This document shows positions 27,124-40,700 of a stretch of 64,000 nt of DNA, piece after piece. Positions within the stretch are counted from its first letter, which is position 1, and the number at the start of each line of letters is the position of its first letter. The notes below the pieces were generated by a model, which worked only from the letters and a program-made list of their open reading frames with translations, was not told the origin of the DNA and searched no databases. The position numbers were made by a program, and so were the translations under genes. This stretch comes from Amoebophrya sp. A120. Its lineage: Eukaryota > Protista > Dinoflagellata. The stretch is taken from contig CAJINV010000006.1 in assembly GCA_905178155.1 (NCBI GenBank), positions 4,223,760 through 4,287,759 on the forward strand. The letters are read 5' to 3'.

Positions 27124-30100
27124 ATGCAGACCCCAGCGCAACAACTCCTAGTTCGCTCGTCTCTCCCGCTGCGCCCGGCCCGAGCAAGGAAGGCGCAGGT
27201 GGTTACGGCCACGTCCAGTACTGCGCACATAGCGGCGGCGGGGACGAACAGTCACGCATATTGTGAGGAAAAATCCCCCCTCCCCATATCAAAGCGAAAT
27301 TTCTGATGCTGGATTTGTGTACACAAATCCGACACGTCTTGCTGGAGAGCACTGCTGGCCCATACCAAGTGCGAGTAGAGAGGTTTTGGCCTAGGCGCTT
27401 AGCATGAAAAACATCAGCACTGTAGGCCCAACAGCATGACAAACCGCCGGCGCAATGCGGCGGTTGTCTGTGGAGTTGCCTTCTTATGCAAGACAGACAC
27501 GATTTGTGGCCACAAATCAGCACCACAAATTTCCAAAAGTGCACCTTCTCAGTATGGGGAGGGGGGATTTTTCCTTCGGATAACGCGCGGTCGTTCTTCG
27601 GATCCACAGAACAACCGTCTGGAAGGATAAGACGTCCACCACGGATCGACAAGAACATGATGATGAGCATGGGTATTGTAGTGCCTGCGACGTCGTCAAC
27701 AATGACCGCCGTGCCGCTGGTTCGACGACGAGTGACCGCGGCCGCGGTTTCCTCCACACATTCGCTTACCGCGCGACCCCCGTCCATCTCGTACAGTACT
27801 ACTGCTACCCGCTCGTTTTCCAGTCGAACGCCGCTGCTGTTCACGCCGGGCCCTCTGACAACGAGTGTACAGGTGAAGAATGCGCTGTTGCAAGACGTCG
27901 GCTTATCGATCGCAAATATGTCTGGGTCTGGGAAGAACTTGTAAAAATGCGGGTTTGCGAATTATCGTAAAGGCACTGCATGAATGGTCCGCCTCGCATG
28001 GGAAGTTTTCGGGCGCGGCTAGGTGTAGTTCTTGCGTACTTTTTTGCATGACAACTTGCACTTTTGCATGATAAGGGAAATCAAGACCTTTTATTGGTGG
28101 ACATGCATCACAAAGAACGATTACGATACGGCCATAGCACACAAGCATGACAAGAAATCTCGCAACTACCTTGCAGACCCAGACCTTTTTGCAATGCATA
28201 GAAGTCCCGGGATCCGTATTTTCTGGACCAGATGCATGCGGTTCGGGAAAAATTGGTGCTGGGCGCGAACACCACCACGGACACGCACTATCAAATGCAA
28301 ATATCTCTGGGTCTGGAAAGGTTGGGCCTGTGTTGCGTGTCTCGCATTTCTGAAACAGCTGTATTGCTATTGCATGAGCAGCAAATAAAGCGCCACACTT
28401 TCGTCATGCAAGCTCGCGGTTCGTAATGTGAACTACGGATGAGAAAGCGCTTGGAATATTTGTCATGCTCCAGTGCGACTGCACAACTTCGTTCGAGGCG
28501 CACAAACTCATGACCATTCGGCGTCACAAGTTTCCACACGCAGACATGTTTACACTTGATTTGCGCGATTCGGTTTTGATTCAAGGAGCGGGGACACACG
28601 CCATCGAGTCCGTGCTCGGTATGCAAGAGAAAAACTGTGTAAATGTAACTCTGTAATGCAGAACATGCAAAGGAGTTACACCTGTCATGTCAGACAGCCA
28701 TGAAGTCGTCTTTCCATGTGTGTTTTCCCTCACAAGCCACGCATGAAAGGTTTTTTCTATCATGTAGAGCAAATCTGTGATGCTGTCTCAGCCAAAGAGA
28801 CTTACACTAACACAGTTTTTTTCTTGGATACTCGGGTCGGCTTGTGTACTTATTTCTCGGTCTCTATTTCTTTGCTGAAAGTAAGCTGCTACACTGATGG
28901 CTGATGATGATGATGGCGATCATGTGTTTTTTTTTCTCTATGCATGTTGATGCTCAGTAGCTAGCTGGTAAAAATAAAGGTCAGCATATTTGTGGATTCA
29001 CTTATCTCAATTTTTTGTTTTCGCACAATAACCTCCAGTCCGGCCCCAACGACAAAGTGTTGATTCTGAACAACGGCGCTTACGGGGAGAGGCAGAAGCA
29101 GATCTGCAAGATTCTGAAAATCTCCTTCGAGTCCCTGGACTACAGTGACGATGTGGCGGTGTCCGCAGCGGATTTGGAAGCCCGTTTAGAAGCCGACGGG
29201 CACTCGTTTTCGCACGTCAGCTTTATCCACCACGAGACAACCGCTGGCGTGCTCAATCCGCTCACGGAGTTGTGCCAGGTGGTGGAGCGGTTTAACGCAA
29301 AGACCACGACCGGGAAACAGCTGGAAATTATCGTCGATTCCATGTCTGTATGCATTGCAAATATGTCTGGGTCTGGAAACTTCTCATGCTGATGTGCGAA
29401 TGATACGCAAACTGTATTGCGGAGCTGCGCATGACAAGTGTCTGGGTGGCTACGTCTAGCGTTAAGCGCATGACAAATTGCCTTTTTGCATGACAAACAA
29501 GTAGCGTTGTAGCGCAACAAGCATGACAAACTCTTCCGCATTGCTGGCCGAGCATGACAAACTTCCATTCTTCCAGACCCAGACGTATTTGCAATGCATA
29601 GTCCGCATTCGGCGCGTACGAAGTGGATCTACAGAATATTACAGTGAAAAGTCCCCCCACCGCAGAATTTGCAGAAGTTTCTCATGCAAAGTTTCCAAAT
29701 GAAAGGTCTTTGTCTTGCATGAAAGGAGCACGAGCATTTCTGATGCAGAATCTAGGTGCGCAAGGGATCTTTTGCATAAGAGAAACGCCTGCTGTTGGGG
29801 TTCTTTGCAACACAAATTTGAGCTATTCAGAATGGCAAATTTGTGATGCTAATAGATGCAAGACAGTGAGTGTTTCCATTGGAAAGGTTTGCAATACAAA
29901 TGCTGCCATGTGTTGGGGCGTGGGCATTGTTCACTGGGATACAGAAAAAGCACAAAGCGGTAAAATACCTGATTTCTTCCGCCAATAAGTGCATCGAGGG
30001 CGTGCCGGGATTCGCTTTTGCGATCTACGAGAAAGAGGCTCTAGAGCGGCTTGCGGAAAGAAAGCCGAAGTCCCTCGCGCTCGACCTGTTTGCGCAGGCG

Positions 30101-32460
30101 AAAGGTACAAGGTTGCATGATATACTACCGATCATGAAGTAGTACAGTATCGGACTCGAGGACATATTAAGCGACAGTTTCTATGCTGCTTTTTTATAAA
30201 ACACGGACATATTCATACCACCCTGCTATTTTATCGCATGACAATAAACCTTACAGGTCTCAGCACGGGCAACCGGCAGTTCCGCTTCACGCCGCCGACG
30301 CAGGCGATTCTAGCGTACCACCAGGCGCTTTTAGAGTGGGAGGAGGAGGGCGGTTGGAAGGGGCGGGGCGGTCGCTTATGCACTGCAAATATGTCTGGGA
30401 CTGGACGACGAGTGTGATGCTGTTTCTGCATGACACAGGAGGTCTGGCATGCAAGTCCTAGCACCACAGGTTTTGCGCAGGTTAGGTGATGCCTAATAAA
30501 GTCGCATGACAAGAAGTTCCCTCTTTTGCTGACAAGAAATGACGAGCAACTTTTGCGGTCCATGCATGACAGATTTTTTTTTGGTCGCAGATGCGCATCA
30601 GAAGTTTACATGTTTCCCGACCCAGACAGATTTGCAATGCATATCGCTATAGAGAGAACTACGACGTGATTATCAACGGGTTGGAGAAAGTATCGTGTGC
30701 AAAAGTATCGTACTCGTATAGATGCAAGTCTTGCATTACAAATCTTTATCTCAAAGGAAATCCGCATTACAAATTTTCTTTCTCATGCTGAGGAAATTTG
30801 TAATGCATTTATACGAATACGATACTTTTGCAATTCATAGAAAGATTTCGGGTTGGAATTTTACGTGAAGCCGGAATATCGCGGTTACATTATCACCACA
30901 GTCCTGTCCCCGACTATGGAACTGCCAGGATCGAAATTGACAAAATCGAAAAACTTGTGATGCATAAAATGCATGCCGCGAAATACGTGTGTTGCAGAGG
31001 AGGCAAGTGAGGCCGATTGTAAGCCTGTTTGGGGTTATAGCTTGAGCTGCTAAAGCAGCATGAGAGAATCAGTCTTCTTTGCCTAAACAGCATTACAAAC
31101 CGGATTTAGGCACCACCAGAATTTGTCATGCGCCACTTAGAAACTGGGTTCGAACTGGAATCCATTTTATGCATGATAAATTACCAGCCATGCTCCGGCT
31201 GCCGCCGGAGCGCAAGGCTGTTCGGCTGGGGGTGAAGGGTTTGCGGACCGGACCATAGCGGAACAGCTCGGCGCGCAGGGGGGCCCGTGGGTTTCAGGGT
31301 CCGGCTTGCGCCATGTCAGCCTGCAGGCCCCCCTGCGCGCTTCCTGCGCCTTTAGGCGCTATGCGCAGGGAGCAGCTGCGAAAAGCCTTGGGGGCGAAGC
31401 GAAACAAACTATCTGGGTCGAGGCGCCGAAACAGGAGGGGGGCCAGGCTGCGTTTCGTGTATCACCCCCCAGCCCCAAGCCAGTTGACTCCCAGTCAGGC
31501 AGAAGAGGTTGGCGCGGGAGGGTGGCGCGAGAGGGTAGCGCGAGAGGGTGGCGCGAGAGGGTGCGCGAGAGGGCTGCGCGAGAGGGTGGAGAGGGGCTGA
31601 GCAAACCAAATGCTTGCGCGGATGGACTGCAATGCCAAATATGGAGAACGCCATGCGGATTCGCGACCGCCACTTTGCGTCTTTACCCTCTCGCAGACCT
31701 CTCGCAGCCCCTCTTTTTGACCTCTTTTGGGGGTCCCCGCTAATAGTCCGGCTATACTCGCGGGTAGAGGGCGACAGAGGTGGCCGAGAGGTGGCCGAAA
31801 GGGTGCGCGAGAGGTTGGTCCTTATTCGCACCACCTCCCGCAACCTCTGTCCCCCTCTCGCGCCCCCTCTTTTTGACCTCTCTGCACCCTCCGAGGCGCT
31901 TCAGCGGCCCTAAAGAGTGAACCCTTCGGCGGGCTATACTCGCGCCACCTCTCGGCCACCCTCTCGAATGACCTCCCGCGCCACCTCTCCACCTCTGTTG
32001 ACCTCTTTTTGACCTCTTTCCACCTCTTTTTGACCTCTCGGCCACCTCTCTCCGACCCTCTGTAGACCTCTACTTTCGCATGAATATAATAGATAGTAAT
32101 TTCGATTTTGTCAATTTCGATTTTGACACTTCCATACCGACAAACTTGCTGAAAAACAAGGAAAAGTGGGACTTTCAGTTTCTCTACGACTTTTTAGCGA
32201 CCAGGGGGTTTGTCATCTACCCCGGCAAGTTGGCGAAGGCGGACTCCTTTCGGATCGGGACGATTGGAAAAATTTACCCGGAGGACTGCGAGAACTTCTT
32301 ACTCGTTTTGAAGCAGGGCTTCGACAAAATGGGCATCACGAAACAGGAAATTTTGGACGGCCGGGCCAGGTTGCTGGAGAGTGATGTGAGCGGGAAGAGT
32401 GGTGGAGCAGGACCGAATGTTGAAATGGCTGGCCAAGCTGGAATGAAGCAGAGCATGTGA
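27124..32460 (+). CDS. phnW: 2-aminoethylphosphonate--pyruvate transaminase (PhnW/AEPT-like, class V PLP aminotransferase) with N-terminal presequence-like extension
   Basis: Spliced motifs [80 protein letters not shown] (PLP lysine), QFRFTPPT and [18 protein letters not shown]. Introners at 27259-27582, 27904-28200, 28289-28561, 28620-28830, 29349-29600, 29637-29941, 30377-30643, 30691-30839 and 30915-32136. Canonical GT-AG introns at about 28846-29038 and 30105-30256. Confidence 0.92.
31183..32097. mobile_element. About 0.9-kb GC-rich insertion nested in a family E introner
   Basis: It interrupts the E consensus just before the right TIR and is bounded by AATT...AATT (AAATTAC/GTAATTT also forms a short inverted pair). 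It contains GGTGGCGCGAGAG tandem units and complementary CCTCTCG/GACCTCTTTTT units. Confidence 0.6.
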
Positions 32461-32963
32461 AGAGGATAATGTAGAAGTCTCTGCTTGTTGTTACGTATCA
32501 ACATCGGCTCCTACTTGTTTTGCAATGCAAAATTTGTTTCCGATGAAAACAAAAAAGAATTTCCAAGCGAAAGAAACCGCACACTTAATAGTTGTGTGCG
32601 GTATCAGGGTTCTTTTGTCACCGCAGAGGTGCGGTTTTGTAGTTCGACTTGGACGAATCCATGCCATTGATTCTGGAATTCATCCGGCGATCGAAAAATA
32701 AGAAGATCCAGAATTACTGTATGTAGTTGCTCGATGCTGTCACAGAGAAAATTATCTCTCGAAGATCCACACCACTGTCGGTGAGCTTGCCTCCGTCCTC
32801 GTCGACCAAAACGCGGTTTGTGACTTGCGCCAGTTTATTGGTGGAAAAGTAGATAGCCTAGCGCTAGTATTGTACGACCGAACAGAAGCAAGGAGATAAA
32901 ATTCAAATTCCTTTTGCCCAAAGTAAATCGGCTTCTTCTTACGCAGTACTTTCTTATCAAACC

Positions 32964-35900
32964 ATGGCCGCCCAGAATATCTCAGCGGTCCAGCTCCAGG
33001 AAACGCTCCTGGTCCCTCCCGTCCCCGAGGTGGAGCGCGGGACGGTTTTGCCGATTGACTGTTTTGAACTTTCGTCTGCAGATGGAACAGCCGGCAATAT
33101 GAAATGTAAAAATGTCTGGGTCTGGAAGAATGCAAGTTTGTCATGCTTGTCTGGCATGACTCTTAAATCTGTCATGCACATTACCAAAGAGCCCCACTTT
33201 TCTGTCATGCAGAAACGTAGTTTCTCATGCAGAATAGGCAACACCTAGAAGCTCAGAAACTTGTCATGCTGAGCCAGCAATTGTGGCCTCCTCATGATAC
33301 GCCGCACAGCATCACAAGTTTCCAGACCCAGACATTTTTACATTTGATGGGCAAAACTAAAATACAGCTCGCCTACCCAGCCGGGAATAACGTGGTCCTA
33401 CGAACTTATCAACTGTAAAAATGTCTGGGTCTGGAAGAATTCGTGATTTGTCGTGCTGCCTTTCCATGACCCATGAGGTCTGGAATGCAGGACCTAGCAT
33501 GACAGATTCTGTGAGAGTTCTATCATGCCTATCCTGCATGAGAAACTACCTCCCGACTTGGTCAAAATTGGACGACTTTTGGTAATCATGCAACACAGAT
33601 TTTTGCATGCTGCAGATTTAGCATGACAAGTTGCAATCTTCCAGACCCAGACATTTTTACATTTGATAGAACTTTGGCCATCACAACTGCGGACAACCAA
33701 ATCACTGATGAAGAGGTTTTTCTCTTCACCAAGCACGGGTCAAACAATGTCACGGCCGTCAAATTCAGTCCGTCCGGAGCGTATATCTGCAGCGGAGACA
33801 GCAGTGGGAAAATCCGTATCCTGTGCAAACGTATTGCACTCGTACTAATCGCCGTCTTGCATGACAAAGTCACCAAGTAAGGTAAACCAGCATTACAAAT
33901 TGCATTTTTTCTCTTGAAAAAATTTTTTGTGATGCGATTTATACTAGTACGATGCTTTTGCATTGCATAATCCGAGTGTGGGGAACGAAGGGCGAAAGAC
34001 TACAGAAGTGCGAGTATCAGCTTTTTGGGGCGAAAATTATGGACATCGCCTGGTGCCCCGACTCGCAGCGGCTGGCGGTAGATATTTGTGTTTTGTGTTT
34101 CAAAGGAAAGTGATGAAGTAAGTGTGTACGGGGTCCTCGTGATGGCTTTTTTCAGTTTAGGTGGTTTGCGTTCGCGAAAGACTTAAGCCCGTTCGCGACG
34201 GACCTAAGCTCCTAAGTCGTTCGCGAACTACTTAATTAACCCCTTAAGTCGTTCGCGAAAGAATTTTGCTCTCGAGGCAGCCAGGAAGGACGAGTTGAGG
34301 TTTTAAGTCGTTCGCGCAGCACTTAGCTCTTAAGTCGTTCGCGAAAGACTTAAGGGCTTAAGTCGTTCGCGAAAGATTTAAGGGCTTAAGTCGTTCGCGC
34401 ACAACATAGACTGTTAAGTCGTTCGCGAAAGACTTTAGCTCTTAAGTCGTTCGCGCACGACATAGGCTGTTAAGTCGTTCGCGCACGACATAGGCTCTTA
34501 AGTCGTTCGCGCACGACATAGGGTCTTAAGTCGTTCTTGCACGACATAGGCTGTTAAGTCGTTCGCGCACGACATAGGCTGTTAAGTCGTTCGCGCACGA
34601 CATAGGCTGTTAAGTCGTTCGCGCACGACATATTAAGCTCTTAAGTCGTTCGCGAAAGACTTAAGGGCTGAAGTCGTTCGCGAAAGACTTAGGGGCTTAA
34701 GTCGTTCGAGAAAGGTTTAAGGGCTTAAGTCGTTCGCGCACGACTTAGGCTGTTAAGTCACTCGCGCACGAAGTAGGCTCTTAAGTCGTTCGCGAAAGAC
34801 TTAAGCCTGAATCGTTGTTCACGAAGGACTTAGGGTTCACTTGTTTGCGCAGGGCGTAATCTCAAGTCCTTCCCGAACCATTTTCAAGGTCGTTAAACTC
34901 TGCAATTGAGGTTGAGCGCTGAAGGTGGATTCCTGCGCGGAGCACGACTTAAGCGTCAGTTCTTCCACGCCAAAGATGTAAAAGTGTCACTAAGTCAGTA
35001 CTTTGTGCACCGACCACGTAATATAGTCGCAATAAGGAACAACTTGTCAGCACACTTGCAAGTGTGCAACTTGCGGGAAGACATCAACCCAGTAAAAATA
35101 TCTCCCAAACCCCCCTCCCAGGTTTCCGGCGGCGGCCCCAACCAAGCGGTGTGCATTCTCATGGAATCCGGCAACACGGTGGGTGCCATCAACAACCACA
35201 GTAAGCGGATCAACACCATAGCGTACAAGCCTACCCGGCCCTACAAAATCATCACTGGCGGGGAGGATTTTCAAGTGGCGTTGTCCAAGGGCCCACCTTT
35301 TGCTTTTGAAAAATCCCAGCCGAGCCTGCACACAAACTTCGTGAACGGCGTGCGGTATGCACCGGTGAAAGAAGGGGATACGGGTTCCTTTATCCTGTGT
35401 AAAATAAACGTCCCCACCCCATAGTCAAGTTGGGACTTTGGCAAGACAAATCGAGCATCTTTGGGACTCGCGCATGACAAGTTTGGCTACGCAGTGTAGT
35501 CGTGCCTGGCTAGTTCTTCAAACGTATCACAGAGCCAGTCTGTCATCCTGATTAGCGCATGACAGATTCCCAAACGCCACTATGTAATGCCTCGCATGGA
35601 GAGCCGCATGACACACATTCTGGGCGTGCAGATCTGCATGACAAGAACTATGGGGCGGGGACGTTTTCCCTCAGGATATCCTACGCCGTGTCCTGCGGGT
35701 CGGACTCGAAAGCGATCGTTTTTGATGGAAAAACCCTAGAAGTGGTGACCGAAATCGCGAAGGGAACCGGGTTCAACAAGTGCAGCCTTTACGGGGTTGA
35801 GTGGTTGAACGAGAATTCCTTCGTCACTATCTGCGGGGACAAGTCGCTCTGGCTCGTGACGCTCGCGATGGCCGACGGGGTAGTGGAGGTGAAGGAGAAG

Positions 35901-37253
35901 GAAAGTTTTTCCCTTGGGAAAGCAGTAGAAGAAATGCCGCTGGGCTTGGCGACGACGAAAACGACAACTCTAGGAACACAAACACTAAACGGCGGGAAGA
36001 AAAATTTCGCCTTCGTCCTCTCGTTGGATGGCGCTGTGAAGGTGTTCAGCATCGATGTAGCGTCTTCAATCGCGGGACAGCAGAAGTTGACCAAACCGAT
36101 CGGCATTTTGAAAGGCGTGGTGAACAGCGTCACTGCGGTCGTTTGCGCGAGGGGTTGTGGTAGTAATCCAGCCGCCTCCTTTTACTACATTTCCGACGTT
36201 GCGGGGAACATTTGCAAAATCAATTCCGAAACAAGAATCGTGGAGAAGCAAATCAACCTGAAAACCCCGGCGATATCGCTGTCCCTGCTAGTAAACGGGG
36301 GTGGAATCAATACAAACAACCCAATCCTTCTCGCGATCTGCAAAGACCAAACGGTGAAGGCCTTTGACGCGGCGAGTCTCGAGCCGGTGGCCGGTGCGAG
36401 CGGAAGCAGTGTTGACTTCAAGCAGATCGGATTCGCGGTTAAGGTGGAAGGAGAGAAAATCCTGCATGCGGGAGACACAGCACCAGCACAGACAATCAAC
36501 AAGATTCTGGTACTGACAAAACAGAAGCAGTTCAGCGTTGTTGAGCTTAATTCGCCTGCGGGATCACTGTCCCTCCACCCAGCGGTGAAACTGCCAAATT
36601 ACTCTTCAGACAACGGCGCCGAAATCTCCGCCGCCGCGGTCTACTCCTCCTACCTGTTTTGTGCCTTCACAGTGCAGGGGAAATTCGACCAGAAAAAATC
36701 CATGATTGCAATCTTCTCATCGAGTACAGCAGGCGGAACATCAGCACCAGGTAGCTTACTGTACGAGTTCGACTACAATGAGTCTGGAGGGAGTAAAAAC
36801 GGGCTGGTAACCGCTTTGACAGTGTCCGGGAAGAGCAGCAGCAGTAGTAGTACAGTGGGCCGCCAGGGAATATCAAGTGCAGTGGATGGTGAAATTTTCC
36901 TAGCAGTGGGAGACGACGCGAAGGCGATTCGGATTTTTGAGCTGGATCTGAACAACCTTCACCAGCAGGCAAAGCTGGTGGATATCACAAAAGACTGGAC
37001 GGGCATGCACACTGCGAAGATCACGGCGCTAGAGTTTTTCTTCGCCGCAAATCCGATGAACAAAATCTACCTGTGCTCGGGGTCGTTAGACCGATCGCTG
37101 GCGGTGTGGGACGTGGAGAAAATTCACCCGGTAGAGCAGATTCGGGAGGTGCATAAAGAGGGGATCACGGATTTGATAGCGGATTCGGCGAGGCAGGTTG
37201 TTGTCACCGTCGGCGCGGATGGGTGTTTAAGGGAATTTCGGGTGGGATCATAG
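32964..37253 (+). CDS. AIP1: Actin-interacting protein 1 / WDR1-like WD40 repeat protein; 6 exons
   Basis: P.VERG start motif, VTAVKFSPSGAYICSGDSSGKIRVW, IMDIAWCPDSQRL, SGNTVGAINNHSKRIN, KPTRPYKIITGGEDF, GPPFAF, HTNFVNGVRYAP, HTAKITAL and SGSLDRSLAVW. Introners at 33098-33349, 33407-33668, 33817-33969 and 35391-35678. Canonical intron 34078-35121. Confidence 0.88.
34165..34835. repeat. 28-bp quasi-palindromic minisatellite (about 22-23 units) in a canonical intron
   Basis: Unit TAAGTCGTTCGCGCACGACATAGGCTGT, with variant TTAAGTCGTTCGCGAAAGACTTAAGGGC. Confidence 0.9.
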
Positions 37254-37770
37254 CGTGGAGAAGTCGCGCATTAGAAAACCAAAAGTTGTGAATTCCAGCG
37301 TGACAAATAAAGCTTGCACAAGTAGCGTTGGCGTGTAAACAAAATAAACAACGTCGCACCCCCCCCACGGTGCGACCTGATGAAAATTTGCTGGCAATTG
37401 GGCTTTCCCTTGCGCTGGCAGACAGACGCACTCCTTTGCAGGGACCGCTGTTCTGACCCGTGAAAGATGCGTGGTGCAATGTTCGGTTTCCTGGATTCTG
37501 TCTCGTTTTTTGAAAGTGAACATCGCAGCTTTCTTCATCTACATGCCTGCAGTTCCTTTCGAAGATCACTTATGGTCAAGTATCCTATGAGTGATCGCGG
37601 TTGGTAAGATCACGCTTTGATCATCCCGCCCAAGCGGTCGACCCCCCTCTGCTGTTGAGGCGTGTTTCCCCCCCCCCGTCGACATTTTTCACTCGGTTTT
37701 CAGGTTAGTTGCTCGTCGTGGAAACACAGGTAGGAAAAAATAAACGTAGTTCATCAAATAATTATGGACC

Positions 37771-40700
37771 TTGGAAAATAAGACCATGCTCCGGCCTCGC
37801 GCAGCCCCCGTTTGTGCTTTCCTCCGCAATGGCAGGACTCCTCCTTCTCCTTCAAAACGCAATGTCGCCACCACCGCCGCAGCAGCTTTCCGTCCTTGGA
37901 AAGATGGTTTTTCAGCGGACCACACGTTTTCCAGTGCATCAGCGGCAAAGTATCATAGAGTTCCCAGTGCTGCAAATACTAACCCGGTTCGCAACCTAGC
38001 TGCAGCAGGTACTACTTCCCCCTGGTGTCGGGCGAATGCGGTTGGGAATCCGAAAACTAAGCCGGATTCATCTTCGCTTGTTTTCGCGGAGAAGAATTTT
38101 ACTGCTGGAACTGCTGTTCCGAAGCATAAAAGTAGCGGCGCACATGTGGAGGTGAAGCCGAGTACGGGTAGTTTTGAGGCCAAGAAGAATGAGCCCCCGT
38201 CGTGGAAGACGCAGATACAAAGTACAACACCGCAAATCATGACGCAGAAGTACACCTACCCGGCCGGTGCGGATTCTTTTTTGAGTGGAAAGATCGAAAG
38301 TGCTACGCAGGCCAGATTCAACGCGGCGGACGCTGAAAGCACTACGAAAGAGGAGCAGGAGGAAGATTTTGTAGTACCGAAATATCCTGCCCGCGATTCT
38401 GCCGTCGTGGACAGCGGCGCGAAGGGTGAGAAGACTTTTCCAGCCGATAATAACACCAAAACTATCCCGCTGCCGCCAACGCAGGAGTGCGGAAAAACTC
38501 AAAAAACCACCAGTGCCTCTCCTGTCGTGGCCGACTCTTCATCAATTCCAAAGCACTCTGATGCCCCTACTACCCTGACCGACCGTTTTTCCACTCCGAA
38601 TTATAAAACGGGCGAATTTTCTGTCAGCAAAATGATCACCGGTAGTGCAACCGTTCCTCCTGCTGCTGCACCAGACGAGCCGCTCGACAGCCGCTCCCTG
38701 AGCGAAGACGGAGTCTTCGCGAAGCTGTTATCAAATGTAAAAATGTCTGGGTCTGGAAAAGTGCAACTTGTCATGCTAAATCTGAATCATACAAAAATCT
38801 GTATTGCATGATTACGAATAAAGCTGTTCACTTTTGACAAGGCCGAGAGGCAGTTTGTCATGCGGAAAAGGCATAGTAAAGATCTCACACAGAATCTGTG
38901 ATGCTACGGCATGCATCACAGACCTCACACGTCATGCAAAACCTGCATCACAAGTCTGGCATTCTTCCAGACCCAGACATTTTTACAATCCATAGCTGTT
39001 ACACCAGTACCAGAAGAAGCCGCCGTTGGAGAAGGAACGCATTCTCGAATACCGGGGTAGAGAACTTAGAATCGCTATTGTGAGCAAAAATGTTTCCACC
39101 CCAGAGTCAAGATGGGAAATCTGCTAGACAAATCGCCGAGCTTTGGTTGTTGCGCATGACAAACTTGGGGCGCGCAGTGTGGTCGTATTTCGCTAGTGCA
39201 GCTTTGTCACAGATCTAGCTTACCATGCTGATTCGAGCATTACAAATCTCAACACACGACGAGAGGCTGGCTTCTCATGGGTCTCTGCATGAGAAACATC
39301 TTCAGCATGCAGAGCTGCATTACAGCTCTGGGTCTGGTGGGGTGGGGACGTTTTTACAAACGATGATCGCCAAGGCGGTGGCGCGGGAGAACCAGTTTAT
39401 AACCTGCTCAGGTGTTACAATCTCAAACGTTACTTACAATAGAATCTGGAGTTTGTATTGCATGACGAACATGACAGACTCGTAGCGCGTTCCACTTGCT
39501 GCAATACAAATTTCGGCAGATTCTAGCGCGGTTTGGGACTCGAGAACTTGTCATGCGCAATCCTGTAGGAGTAGGCTAGATCATGCACTCTTGCATTACA
39601 GATTTCCAGATTCTATTGTAACGTTTGGGATTGTAACGTTGGAGCAAGTCATACAGTTGTGCTGTAGAATTTCCGCTTTGGAGGAGGAAAAGAAGACCAC
39701 GAGTAGTACTTTTAACCAGCATGTAGTTGACAAAGACGATGTTGCTGAAGATTCCCTTCCCAGTATCAAGAACAAAAATCCCCCCTCCCCATATCAAAAC
39801 GGAAATCTGTGATGCAGATTTGTGGTCACAAATCAGCTTTGTGATGCTAGAAGGCAAAAGATGCGGACTGTGGTGCTACCTAGCGTGGGAAAGTATTGCA
39901 TCTCCAGCATGACGCGAGGCAACTGGAAGTGGGAAACAGCATGACAAATTGCCTGCAATTCAGGCCAAAACTGCGTCTCTTGGCCTTCTAGCAATGCAAG
40001 TCGATTTGTGTACTCAAATACAGCATCACAAATTTCGTTTCGGATATGGGGAGGGGGGATTTTTTTTTTTGATACCCAGCAGGACCACCACCCGCACTGC
40101 AAGTCCAACCACTATCATCCCGCGGTCCAAGCGGATTCAGATCTACGGGCACACTGACGAGGAACTGTTGCAGCGGGTGGACTATGAAATGCAAAAGCAT
40201 CGTACTAGTATAAATCGCATGACAAATTTTCTCAGCATGAGAAATAAAATTTGTAATGCGGATTGAACCTGAGAAAGCAACTTGTACTGCATGAACGCGA
40301 TTAGTACGAGTGCGATACTTTTGCACAGGATATGGACTGGTTTTTCGACGAAATTGCGCCAGATTTTAAAATATCAAATGCAAATATGTCTGGGTCTGAG
40401 AGAATACAACTTGTGATGCTGTCTTTGGATTCTACAAAAATCTGTGTTGCATGAGCAGCAGAGGGAGCGTAAATAATTTTCGCTACGCGGAGGGGCATTT
40501 GTCTTGCGGAATAGGCATCAAGAAGGCCCCAAAGCATCAGTGATGCTGGGGCATGCATCACAGACATCATGGCTCATGCAAAACGTGCGTGACAAGTCTC
40601 AGAAGCTTCCAGACCCAGACACATTTGCATTTGATATAAAAATACCAAAGCGAAAAGCAAGTCGTCTCCAGACAGTACGACAACTGGAGGTACTCCGCCC

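Noticed and set aside
34165-34835. CRISPR array
   Set aside because: The palindromic units are contiguous with only a few variable bases, there are no unique spacers or cas genes, and it lies in a eukaryotic intron.
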